NCBI GenBank assembly: GCA_964510165.1 | Contig: CAZEBC010000045.1 | Span: 1 to 20,066 of the forward strand | Length of the DNA: 20,066 nt | From: an uncultured bacterium | GTDB lineage: Bacteria; Abyssobacteria; SURF-5 | Direction of reading: 5' to 3' | In this document: in pieces, positions 1 to 8,818 of the stretch | Layout: each line of letters begins with the position of its first letter | Position numbering within the stretch: the stretch's first letter is position 1 | Program-made: the position numbers and the translations under genes | Notes under the pieces: model-generated | Told to the model about the DNA's origin: nothing | The model's database searches: none | Seen by the model: only the letters and a program-made list of their open reading frames with translations

Positions 1-3000
1 CTGGGCCTCCTTGTCGATGTCGAGCGCATGGCATCCCGTGACGCACGGCTTGGCCATGCGGCGCGAATTGATTGCGGCGTGCGAGGTCATGCCGCCCTCG
101 CGCGTGAGGACTCCGCACGCGGAGGATATGGCCCCGATGTCGTTGGGGGTGGTTCTGTCCGCCACCAGAATGACGTGCTCGCCCGCGTGCGCCCGCTTGA
201 TTGCGTCCGCCCTGCTGAAGGCCAACTTGCCGGTGGCCACACCGGGCGAGGCCGGATTCCCTCGGGCGAGGAGTCGTTTCGGAGCGCTTGGGCTGAAGAC
301 CGGCAGGAACAGTTGCTTTAGCTCGGCCTCCTGAAGGCGCGCGACGGCGGTCCTTTCATCAATCACTTTTTCCCTTGCAAGGTCCACCGCCGTTTTGAGC
401 GCGGCGTAATCGGTTCGCTTGGCGGCCCGCGTCTGGAGGAGATAGAGCACGCCGTCGTCAACGGTAAACTCTATGTCCTGCATGTCGCGGAAGTGAAGCT
501 CGAGCCTTCGTGCGACGGCCTTGAGTTCGTCATGTATCGCGGGAAACCGGCATTCCAGAGACAGGGACGCGCCTGCCTCATCCTGATAGGCGCTGAGCGG
601 CAGCGGGTTACCTCGCCCACACACAAGCAGTTCACCCTGACAGCACGGGAGATATTCGCCGAATATGCGAGGTTCGCCCGTGATGGGGTTGCGCGAGAAT
701 ACGACTCCGGAGCAGGAGTTTTGGCCACGGTTGCCGAACACCATCTGCTGTATGGTGGCCGCCGTTCCGAAGTGATGCGGGATATTGAATATCTGCCGAT
801 AGGTGGTGGCGCTGTCACTGCGCCAGGAGGAGAAGATCGCTCCGAGCGCGCCGAGAAGCTGCTCGCGGGGGTCCTGGGGGAACGGGGAGGCGGTCGCTTT
901 GCGCACCCACTCCAAGAGGGCCTTCACTCTCCGTTTCATTTCCTCGGGCGTTCCTCGCGCACCGTCAATTCTCTCAGCGGGAGACTCGCCGTCGCTTGTA
1001 CAGCCCATCACAGAGGAGGCATACTTCGCGATGAGCCGGAAATAGCACTCATACGCGAAAACCGGATCTCCCGATGTTCGGGCGAATCCCTCGACGGTCT
1101 CATCGTTCAAACCGATGTTGAGAATCGTGTCCATCATGCCGGGCATCGAGACGCAGGAACCGGCGCGCACCGCCAAGAGGAGCGGCCGCTCGGGCGCTCC
1201 CAGCAGGCAGCCCGTCACTTCCTCGAGTTCCGCAACGCAATCAAAGAGAAGCCTTCGTGTGTCGCTTCGCAGGACGCGGCCGTCGTGGAAGAACGTGTTG
1301 CATAGCTTCGAAGTGAGAACGAAGCCGGGGGGCACATTCACGCCGAGGCGGGCCATTTCCGTCAAATGCGCCCCCTTCTCCCCGAGGATGGGATACAACG
1401 AGGCGCCCCCTTCTGCAAGGCCGGGCCGGAAAAAGTACGCGAGTTTCGCCGGGTCCGTGTTGGCGGCAAGGGCATCGAGGTCCTGTCTTATCTTGGCCAC
1501 CTTACGGAGCGAAATCTCCCTTATGGGCGGATGGCGGACTCGCTTCATGAAGCCGGCGATCCGGCTGCGGGAGAAACTGAGCAGTTTGAGCGTGAGTTCC
1601 GAGAGGTGCTGGAGCGTGGTCTCCCGAAAGAGGCCGTCCACAAACGCGCTGGCCGCTTCCTCGGCATTGGGGATTTGCCGCAGGGCAAATATCTCCCTTG
1701 TCAGATCATAGTATATCTCCACCATCTTGTCGGTGATCACGCCTATTTCGGCGTCGATGCGCTCGAGGATTGAATAGACGGTGTAGAAGTTGAGGCCGCT
1801 CGAATGTTTGAGTTCAAGCAGTTGCGATGCATAGTGTTCGAGCTCCTCGGTCCCCTGGCCCTTGGCGCGCACATTGAGCACCATCGAATGGATGACGTCC
1901 AGGGCGACCGGCAGCGTTTCGGACGTGATATCTGCAAGTATCACATTATTGACTTCCCCAAAAAGAATGTATCCGATGCGTTCAAGCGTGAGGTCAAGCC
2001 AGATCGCCTCCAAGGTGACCGGAATGGTTTGCGATTGGATGAGAGGGTCCTTTATCTTGCCTCTGAGCGACATCCTTATGTCGCCAAGCAAGAGCGCGGC
2101 CTTCAAAGCCTTCTTTGAACGCAAGCACTCGATGAATTCCTCAAGCGGGTCAATCAGCGCGGGGAAGAAAAGGGCGACCGCATCGCGGCGCCACTTATGG
2201 ATCAGGTTCAAAATGTCCTCCGGCCTTCTCTTGCCCGCATCTTCAAGTTTGACTTTGAGAGTCTCGAAAAGAACTCTGTGATTCGGATTCTCCGCCTTTT
2301 CGCCTGCCTCGCGGAGCAGCGCGAGCAGGATCTCGAGATTGGTCTGAATCAGCGATTCGTTTCCCTTCTCGATGCTTCCCATCAGGTAGCGAAGGTAGTT
2401 ATTGACTTGCGGGGAAACGATCTGGGCAATATTACTCATCAACTGATAAATGTCTGAAACCCTGTCTTCGATTCTTCCTGGGTGCGGCTCGAAGATGTTT
2501 GCGAGTTCGCGCTCGAGCTCTTTGAGGGGTCGCATGATGCCCGCGAATTTCGCAGGTTGATATTGGAATACCTTCTGATACTTGTTTATCTTGTGCAGCG
2601 GTTCGGAATTGCCGTGCTCCGCATAGCTCAGCAGAGCTCTGACGAAGTCGAGATTGCGCGGCGAAAGCTTGTTGTGAATCTCGCCGCGTATGTCTTCGGT
2701 GATGGGGCAGGGGAAGGTGTACTCGATTTCTTCGGCAAGTCCGCGGATGGCGCGGATTTCGTCCTGTGAGGCGCCGAAGAACGGCAGGCTCTTCACCAAC
2801 TGGCGTATCAGGAGATACATCTCGTCCGAGGACAGGTCAAGCATCATCAACGTCTCAAGCTTTTCGCGCATCCGCTTCGAGAGCGCGATGCTGTCGGCCC
2901 GCTCGGCAAACCCGCTCCCCTGGTAACCCGGGAGGCTGCCGGTCTCGGCGCGAAGATTTATGGTGAGCGCCTTGATGAGTTCAGTGTTGACATGAGGATA

Positions 3001-3072
3001 TGCGACGATACGCTCGATACATTCGAACACATGGTCCCAGGTCCGTATCGGCTCAAGCCTCGGGTTTTTCAT
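1..3072 (-). CDS. ppdK: Pyruvate,phosphate dikinase-like protein with a ~540-aa N-terminal extension; partial, continues past the left edge (>1024 aa)
   Basis: Hand translation from ATG at 3072 (MKNPRLEPIRTWDHVF...) stays open to position 1, so it has no stop in the window and is absent from the ORF track. PPDK motifs start at about 1443: LGEKGAHLTEMARLGVNVPPGF, AVRAGSCVSMPGMMDTILNIG, QQMVFGN, SGVVFSRNPITG, DMQDIEFTVDDGVLYLLQTR, PASPGVATG, and the phospho-His motif GGMTSHAA (His codon 79-81). The PEP/pyruvate-binding domain is not visible. Confidence 0.88.
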   Translation of the reverse strand, partial: MKNPRLEPIRTWDHVFECIERIVAYPHVNTELIKALTINLRAETGSLPGYQGSGFAERADSIALSKRMREKLETLMMLDLSSDEMYLLIRQLVKSLPFFGASQDEIRAIRGLAEEIEYTFPCPITEDIRGEIHNKLSPRNLDFVRALLSYAEHGNSEPLHKINKYQKVFQYQPAKFAGIMRPLKELERELANIFEPHPGRIEDRVSDIYQLMSNIAQIVSPQVNNYLRYLMGSIEKGNESLIQTNLEILLALLREAGEKAENPNHRVLFETLKVKLEDAGKRRPEDILNLIHKWRRDAVALFFPALIDPLEEFIECLRSKKALKAALLLGDIRMSLRGKIKDPLIQSQTIPVTLEAIWLDLTLERIGYILFGEVNNVILADITSETLPVALDVIHSMVLNVRAKGQGTEELEHYASQLLELKHSSGLNFYTVYSILERIDAEIGVITDKMVEIYYDLTREIFALRQIPNAEEAASAFVDGLFRETTLQHLSELTLKLLSFSRSRIAGFMKRVRHPPIREISLRKVAKIRQDLDALAANTDPAKLAYFFRPGLAEGGASLYPILGEKGAHLTEMARLGVNVPPGFVLTSKLCNTFFHDGRVLRSDTRRLLFDCVAELEEVTGCLLGAPERPLLLAVRAGSCVSMPGMMDTILNIGLNDETVEGFARTSGDPVFAYECYFRLIAKYASSVMGCTSDGESPAERIDGARGTPEEMKRRVKALLEWVRKATASPFPQDPREQLLGALGAIFSSWRSDSATTYRQIFNIPHHFGTAATIQQMVFGNRGQNSCSGVVFSRNPITGEPRIFGEYLPCCQGELLVCGRGNPLPLSAYQDEAGASLSLECRFPAIHDELKAVARRLELHFRDMQDIEFTVDDGVLYLLQTRAAKRTDYAALKTAVDLAREKVIDERTAVARLQEAELKQLFLPVFSPSAPKRLLARGNPASPGVATGKLAFSRADAIKRAHAGEHVILVADRTTPNDIGAISSACGVLTREGGMTSHAAINSRRMAKPCVTGCHALDIDKEAQ

Positions 3073-3100
3073 AGACACGCCCTCACCGGCGCGGAATATG

Positions 3101-3478
3101 CTATGGGTCCTCGCGCTTTTCCAAAACCCGCTCGATGACGCCTCTGATGGTCTGAAGCTTCACAGGCTTGCTCAGGTAATCGTGCGCGCCCATATTCATG
3201 AGGTCCATGTACGACTCGACCTCGCCGAAGGCGGTCAGGAACACGACGGGCACATCGAGTTCTCTCTTTATGAGTTCCCGCATCAACTCCATACCGTCGA
3301 GGTTGGGCATTCTCAGGTCGGAGATGATGAGGTCAAAGTCGGATTGTGACAGCGCCTCGAGGGCCTCCAATCCGTCGTGGACCGCAGTCACCGTGTAGCC
3401 AATCCCCTCGAGACCTCTCCTGAACGCTTTGCAGAACTCCCTGTCGTCGTCAACCAGTAGTATCGAGCGCCCATCCAT
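3101..3478 (-). CDS. Single-domain response regulator (REC only)
   Basis: MDGRSILLVDDD...LIISDLRMPNLDG...FLTAFG...YLSKP. The start at ATG 3478 has an AAGGAG RBS at 3485-3490. The ORF-track start at 3550 is probably too long. Confidence 0.93.
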   Translation of the reverse strand: MDGRSILLVDDDREFCKAFRRGLEGIGYTVTAVHDGLEALEALSQSDFDLIISDLRMPNLDGMELMRELIKRELDVPVVFLTAFGEVESYMDLMNMGAHDYLSKPVKLQTIRGVIERVLEKREDP

Positions 3479-3550
3479 CAGCGACTCCTTCCGATTATCC
3501 TCCTGTTGTCGGTCCGGGAGACCAAAGCTTTCACCTCTCAGTATACACAA

Positions 3551-3985
3551 TCAGCCCGGCGGCTGCTCTTCCGACCAGACGGAATACCACAGCGTCCCGT
3601 CCAGCCCCTTTCTCTTGGCGGCGGCGTCTCGAATCTTTTCAGCCAGAAGGTCGATGTCATATGGCTTGGTGAGGTAGGCAAACGCCTCATCGCGCCAGCC
3701 TTCCAGAGCGGAGTCCACGGTTCCATGCCCTGTCAGCATTATGACCTCGAGCTCCGGCTTCAGTATTTTTATTTCCCGAAGCGCTTCGTTGCCGTCCATG
3801 CCGGGCATCTTCACATCCAGCACGACTACGTCAATTGGCCTCTCCCGTATGACGTCGAGAGCTTCGACTCCGCTGGCAGCGCCCGTCACCTCGAAGCCGC
3901 GCCTTTTCAGCGTGGCGGTGGCCGTGGTTCGGAAGCGCTGCTCGTCATCCACCAGCAGCACGTGAATCTTTCTCTGCTTGTCCAT
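3551..3985 (-). CDS. Single-domain response regulator (REC only)
   Basis: VLLVDDE, VVVLDVKMPGMDG, MLTGHG and YLTKP motifs; AAGGAG RBS upstream of ATG 3985. Confidence 0.94.
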   Translation of the reverse strand: MDKQRKIHVLLVDDEQRFRTTATATLKRRGFEVTGAASGVEALDVIRERPIDVVVLDVKMPGMDGNEALREIKILKPELEVIMLTGHGTVDSALEGWRDEAFAYLTKPYDIDLLAEKIRDAAAKRKGLDGTLWYSVWSEEQPPG

Positions 3986-4421
3986 GGTTTATGCTCCTTT
4001 CAAGTGTTGATACGCCCTTTTCCCTCGCGCATGCGTCCCTTATTTTCCTCGCCAGCACGCTGATCTCGCACGGCTTGGTGAGATAATCGAAAACGCCTTC
4101 CCTCAGCCCCTCAAGCGCCGATTTCATCGTGCCGTGCCCGGTCAACATGATCACCTCCGGGCTTGGATTGATCTTCCTGATCTCGCGAAAGGTCTCGTTG
4201 CCGTCCATGTCAGGCATCTTTACGTCGAGCACGACGACATCGAACGGCCTTTTCCTGATTTCGTCCAACGCTTCGATTCCGCTTCCCACGGCCGTGGCCG
4301 CGAACCCGCGCTTGTTCAAGATGCACGCAGTAGTGTTGCGAAACTGCTCTTCGTCATCCACGATCAGGACCCGAATGCCTTCGGTCTTCTTCGCAACCGC
4401 CTTTTTCTTGTCGGCGCTCAT
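3945..4421 (-). CDS. Single-domain response regulator (REC only), close paralog of 3551-3985
   Basis: VLIVDDE, VVVLDVKMPDMDG, MLTGHG and YLTKP motifs; overlaps the next gene by 41 bp. Confidence 0.93.
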   Translation of the reverse strand: MSADKKKAVAKKTEGIRVLIVDDEEQFRNTTACILNKRGFAATAVGSGIEALDEIRKRPFDVVVLDVKMPDMDGNETFREIRKINPSPEVIMLTGHGTMKSALEGLREGVFDYLTKPCEISVLARKIRDACAREKGVSTLERSINHGQAEKDSRAAGG

Positions 4422-4450
4422 GGTTCAGACCCTCGTGTCGGAAACGCGCC

Positions 4451-4909
4451 TCAGTCCCGGTCCTCTTCTTTTTCGTAGATGGCCATGGGATGACGAATGA
4501 TATTGTTGATCTTCGTCTTGCGCGATCTCTCCTCTTTGGCCAGCTTCCTCTCATAAGCTTCTTCGACCTTGGCAATTATCTCCGAGACGCGTGCGGGCTT
4601 GGTGAGGTAATCGAATGCCCCGAGTTTGAGGCCCTCTATGGCTGACTCGACCGAGGCGTGTCCCGTCAGCAGTATCACCTCCACGTCCGGATGGTCACGC
4701 TTGACCTTGCTCAGCACGTCCAGCCCGTCTATGCCCGGCATCTTGATGTCGAGCACCACGACGTCGAAACGCCTTTTGCCGAGGATGTCGAGCGCGTCGA
4801 ATCCGTTCGTGCACGTGAGTGTGTCAACACCGCGCTTTTCCAAGAGTTTTCTGGTAGTTGACAGGAACTGTTCCTCATCATCTACCAGCAGCAGGTGTAT
4901 GTTGCTCAT
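4451..4909 (-). CDS. Single-domain response regulator (REC plus a short charged tail)
   Basis: LLLVDDE, VVVLDIKMPGIDG, LLTGHA and YLTKP motifs; begins 3 bp after the kinase stop. Confidence 0.95.
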   Translation of the reverse strand: MSNIHLLLVDDEEQFLSTTRKLLEKRGVDTLTCTNGFDALDILGKRRFDVVVLDIKMPGIDGLDVLSKVKRDHPDVEVILLTGHASVESAIEGLKLGAFDYLTKPARVSEIIAKVEEAYERKLAKEERSRKTKINNIIRHPMAIYEKEEDRD

Positions 4910-4912
4910 GAC

Positions 4913-6643
4913 CTAACCTCCCTGTTCTTGCCGTATCGCGTGCCGGACTTGGGCCCGTTCCGGCACTGCGGAAAGCGGAAGTCGAACCGTGAATACCGTT
5001 CCCACGTTGACCTCGCTGCTGACCGAGATTTGGCCGCCCAGCCGCTCCACGATTCCATAACACGTGCTGAGCCCCAGTCCCGTGCCCTGACCCACTGGCT
5101 TCGTCGTGAAAAACGGTAGGAATATCTTTTCCAGATTCTCAGGGGGAATGCCGCAGCCGTTGTCTGCGAACGACACCGACAGGTGGCCGTTGCTGACGAC
5201 GGCGCCCACCTTGATCTGGCCGTTGTCTCTGCCTTTCAGAGCGTCAATAGCGTTGTTCAGGAGATTGAGAAAGACCTGTTGAAGTTGTGCCGGGTCGCTC
5301 TCTATGCGTGGAAGATCGGGGCCCAGTTCCTCGACAATCTGAATATTCTCAACCCGGGCTCGGCGGTCGACCATGCCGACAACCTCGTGGAGCAACGGGG
5401 GCATGTCGAATTTCTGTATCGAGGTCTCCGACTGACGGGCAAATTTGAGCAGTCCGAGCGTGATTTTCTTGCAGCGGTCCACCTGGGCGCCCATCCGGAT
5501 AATTGAGTCTCTCAGCATGTTCATATTCTCCGATTGAGACCCCTTCTGCTGCTCCATGTCGTCAAGAATGTCGAGCGCCAGAGCCTCTTCCGATTTCATG
5601 ACCTGCAGTGGGTTGTTGATCTCGTGCGCGAGGCCCGCGCTCATCTCGCCCACCTCCGCCAGCTTGCCGGCCATGATCAACTGGCTGCCCATCCGCTTCT
5701 TCTCCATGTCGGCCACCGTGAGTTGGTTGGCCACGCCCGAGGCCAGCAGAAATCCCATGGTCACCACCACCGCCCCGCCCGCGATTATCAGCGCGACCGC
5801 GAGCAACACGGCTCGCGTGAGGGGCGCGTAAGCGTCTCCCAATTCCTGGCGCACCACCAGGAGCCAGCCCGTGGAAGCGAGACGGCAGGTGGCATAGACA
5901 TGCCGCGAGCCGGCGCCGTCATCGCTCGCGAATGAGGCGACACCCTCCTCCGCCACCACGTACCGCTCGAAATCCCGGTCAACCTCCATGAGGTTCCCCC
6001 CGGAGCGACGTCGGGTCTGGAAAACCCCTTGTTCGTTGACCAGATACGCCTCTCCGGTCTTGCCAATGCGCAGGTTCTCGACAAGGTCGTTGAAGAAGAG
6101 CGTGTCAATAGTCGCGCGCAAGTACCAGGGGGCGCCGTCCTGTCCGCCGCGCACCGCGATCACGAAATGGGGAATATTGCGGTAGCCCAAAAACACATCG
6201 GAGATATAGATTCCCGCATCCTTGACCTTGAGAAACCATTCGGCGTCGGCGTAGTTTCGGCCCCTCAGGTCGTACGGGCCGATATAGGCCACATGGTTGC
6301 CGGCATCATCGAAAACGCCGATATCGAAAAACGCGCGGGATTGCCCTTGGAGGCGATCCAGCACTTGGGCAAGATGGTCGTTGTCCTTCAGGTTCTCGAA
6401 CCTGTCCGAAATGGCCACGTACCGCAGGTCCGATACCCTTTCGTTCAAGAACTGCTCCACAATGTGGCGGTGCCCGTCGGCCAGATGCGTGAGCTTCTCC
6501 TTTGCCTGGCTGCGCAGGTTGGTGGCGAAGTAGTATACGAGAGTGCCGAAGACAAGCATTACCGCCAGAAACGGCACCAGCAGGACTCGGCTCATTATCA
6601 TCCGGCGCGTGGCTTTGAACTTTCGGTTCTCCATTTCGCTCAC
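4913..6643 (-). CDS. Membrane sensor histidine kinase (TM - extracytoplasmic Cache-like domain - TM - HisKA - HATPase)
   Basis: H-box GEMSAGLAHEINNPL, N-box QQVFLNLLNNAIDA, G boxes DNGCGI / PFFTTKPVGQGTGLGL, two TM helices, and Cache-type motifs (Y..AEWF, YISDVFLGYR, GEAYLVN). The true start may be ATG 6634, which aligns with the paralog's start. Confidence 0.95.
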   Translation of the reverse strand: MSEMENRKFKATRRMIMSRVLLVPFLAVMLVFGTLVYYFATNLRSQAKEKLTHLADGHRHIVEQFLNERVSDLRYVAISDRFENLKDNDHLAQVLDRLQGQSRAFFDIGVFDDAGNHVAYIGPYDLRGRNYADAEWFLKVKDAGIYISDVFLGYRNIPHFVIAVRGGQDGAPWYLRATIDTLFFNDLVENLRIGKTGEAYLVNEQGVFQTRRRSGGNLMEVDRDFERYVVAEEGVASFASDDGAGSRHVYATCRLASTGWLLVVRQELGDAYAPLTRAVLLAVALIIAGGAVVVTMGFLLASGVANQLTVADMEKKRMGSQLIMAGKLAEVGEMSAGLAHEINNPLQVMKSEEALALDILDDMEQQKGSQSENMNMLRDSIIRMGAQVDRCKKITLGLLKFARQSETSIQKFDMPPLLHEVVGMVDRRARVENIQIVEELGPDLPRIESDPAQLQQVFLNLLNNAIDALKGRDNGQIKVGAVVSNGHLSVSFADNGCGIPPENLEKIFLPFFTTKPVGQGTGLGLSTCYGIVERLGGQISVSSEVNVGTVFTVRLPLSAVPERAQVRHAIRQEQGG

Positions 6644-7089
6644 CGTTCTTCTGTTTTATCGCTTCCCGTCGGGCGTTGCTCCACTGTTTGCGCCGTCTCC
6701 TGAATTCTCCTTTGCCTGGCTCGCCTCTTGTCGTAGGCGTGCTCCACGCTCGACTGTAACACGTCTATCGAGATGGGTTTGGTCAGGTAGGCGGTGACTC
6801 CCAGCTTGAGTCCTTCTGCCTCAGAATCAACGGAGACGTGGCCGGTCAAGAGGATGACCTCAACATCCGGATGGTTCTGTCGCATCTTTCTGAGCACCTC
6901 GAAGCCGTCAATTCCGGGCATCTTGATGTCGAGCACCACCACGTCTATGCGACGCTCGGCCAGAATCCTGAGCGCATCGTGTCCGTTGGTGCACGTGGAC
7001 GTGTTTATGCCGCGCCTGTCCAGTAACTTCTTATGCGTGGTGAGGAAGCGCTCCTCGTCGTCCACAAGCAGAAGGTTTATGGCGTCCAT
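6640..7089 (-). CDS. Single-domain response regulator, paralog of 4451-4909
   Basis: LLLVDDE, VVVLDIKMPGIDG, LLTGH and YLTKP motifs; overlaps the upstream kinase by 13 bp. Confidence 0.94.
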   Translation of the reverse strand: MDAINLLLVDDEERFLTTHKKLLDRRGINTSTCTNGHDALRILAERRIDVVVLDIKMPGIDGFEVLRKMRQNHPDVEVILLTGHVSVDSEAEGLKLGVTAYLTKPISIDVLQSSVEHAYDKRRARQRRIQETAQTVEQRPTGSDKTEER

Positions 7090-8813
7090 TGCGCCGGTTC
7101 TCCTTGCAGTTCCTTCGGGCTCTTTTCGCTCTTTTCGGGGGGACCGGCCAGTGGGAGCCGAACCGAAAAGACCGTGCCCACGCCTAACTCGCTGCTGACA
7201 GTGATCTGGCCGCCCAACCGATCCACGATCCCGTAACAGGTGCTCAGGCCCAGGCCCGTTCCCTGTCCCACCGGCTTCGTCGTGAAAAACGGGAGGAATA
7301 TCTTCTCCATGTTTTCCGGAGGTATGCCGATGCCGTCGTCGGTCACGGATATTATGAGGTCGTCATCTGCCGATGCGGCGGTGACGCGAATCTCACCCCC
7401 GCCCTTCGGCCTCAAGGCGTCGATTGCATTATTCAAGAGATTCAGGAATACTTGCTGAAGCTGGGCAGGATCGCTGCGGATGCTGGGCAGCGAGGCCTCG
7501 AATTCCTGCACGATGCGCACGTTCTCCACTTGCGCCTGGCGCTCCACCATGCTCACCACGCCGGGTATCAGCGACCGCATGTCCAGCGTCTCGATTTTCG
7601 CCTCGGTCTTGCGCGCAAACCCGAGCAGTCCCGCGGTGATCTGTTTCCCTCTTTCGACCTGCAGGTCGATCTGCTCAACGGATTCCCGAAGCAGTTTGAG
7701 GTTCTCGGGATCGAGGATGCTCCCGTTCTTCTCCATTTCTTCGAGAATATCCTTCATGTAGGTCTCTTCGCCCTTGATCACCTGGAGCGGGTTGTTCATC
7801 TCATGCGCGACGCCCGCGCTCATCTCGCCCACCTCGGCCAGCTTGCCAGCCATTATCAACTGCGTGCCCATTCGCTTCTTTTCCATGTCGGCCACGGTCA
7901 ACTGGTTTGCCACGCCCGAAGCAAGCATGAACCCCATGAACACCGCCAGTCCGCCGCCCGCCACGATCGTCACGACCCCGATCACCACGGCGCGGATGAG
8001 CGGCGAGTAGGCGTCACTGACGCTCTGGCGCACCACCAGAAGCCAGCCCATCGGTTCAATGCGGCCGGTGGCGTAAATGTGACGCTCTCCCTTGTGGTCG
8101 TCGGCGGCAAAGCATGAGGCGCGCCCCTCATGCTTCCCGTAGATGGAGAAATCGGGGTCGATCTCCATCAGGTCTCCTCCCGACCGGCGGCGTGTCTGGA
8201 ACACGCCCTCTCGATTTATCAGGTACGCCTCGCCCGTCTTGCCGACGCGGATGTTCTCCACCAGGTCGTTGAAATAGAGCCAGTCGATTGTTGTTCGCAA
8301 ATACCAGGTCCGATCCCCTTCCTCCTGCCGGACTGCGATCACAAAGTGCGGGTCGTTGCGATATCCCAGGAACAGGTCGGAGACATAGACATCCGCCTCC
8401 CGGGTCTGGAGGAACCACTGCGCCTCCGCATAGTTCTTGCCTTTCAAGTCGTAAGGCCCGATGTAGGCAACGTGGTCGCCCTTCTCATCGAAAAGCCCGA
8501 GATCGAAGAACGCGCGTGAGCGCATCTGGAGTCGCTCGAAAATCCTGGCCAGACGCTGCTCGCGGCTCAGTTCCTCAAACGTGTTTGAGGCTGCAACATA
8601 GTGCAGGTCGAAACAGCGTTCCCGAAGGAACCCCTCGATCATGCTCCGGTGAGCGTCGGCAGTCCTGACCAGGTTCGTCTCCACCTGAGCGCGCAGATTC
8701 GTCGCAAAGTAGTACACGAGCGTGCAGAACACGAGCGCAAGCGTGACAAACGGCACCAGCAACACTCGTCGCAGGATGATTCGCCGGATATTTTTGAACC
8801 GTCCGGCCTCCAT
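7077..8813 (-). CDS. Membrane sensor histidine kinase with Cache-like domain, close paralog of 4913-6643
   Basis: H-box GEMSAGVAHEMNNPL, N-box QQVFLNLLNNAIDA, DDGIGI and PFFTTKPVGQGTGLGL; two TM helices. Confidence 0.95.
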   Translation of the reverse strand: MEAGRFKNIRRIILRRVLLVPFVTLALVFCTLVYYFATNLRAQVETNLVRTADAHRSMIEGFLRERCFDLHYVAASNTFEELSREQRLARIFERLQMRSRAFFDLGLFDEKGDHVAYIGPYDLKGKNYAEAQWFLQTREADVYVSDLFLGYRNDPHFVIAVRQEEGDRTWYLRTTIDWLYFNDLVENIRVGKTGEAYLINREGVFQTRRRSGGDLMEIDPDFSIYGKHEGRASCFAADDHKGERHIYATGRIEPMGWLLVVRQSVSDAYSPLIRAVVIGVVTIVAGGGLAVFMGFMLASGVANQLTVADMEKKRMGTQLIMAGKLAEVGEMSAGVAHEMNNPLQVIKGEETYMKDILEEMEKNGSILDPENLKLLRESVEQIDLQVERGKQITAGLLGFARKTEAKIETLDMRSLIPGVVSMVERQAQVENVRIVQEFEASLPSIRSDPAQLQQVFLNLLNNAIDALRPKGGGEIRVTAASADDDLIISVTDDGIGIPPENMEKIFLPFFTTKPVGQGTGLGLSTCYGIVDRLGGQITVSSELGVGTVFSVRLPLAGPPEKSEKSPKELQGEPAQWTP

Positions 8814-8818
8814 CAGGG

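Noticed and set aside
28-2769. Series of plus-strand ORFs (28-321, 493-1305, 1366-1773, 1804-2118, 2197-2457, 2482-2769) and other short ORFs in 1-3000
   Set aside because: They are antisense shadows, mostly in the codon-register mirror of the continuous minus-strand dikinase frame, and have no recognisable motifs.
3479-3550. 24-aa N-terminal extension of the REC at 3101-3550
   Set aside because: A strong AAGGAG RBS precedes ATG 3478, and the REC fold starts there.
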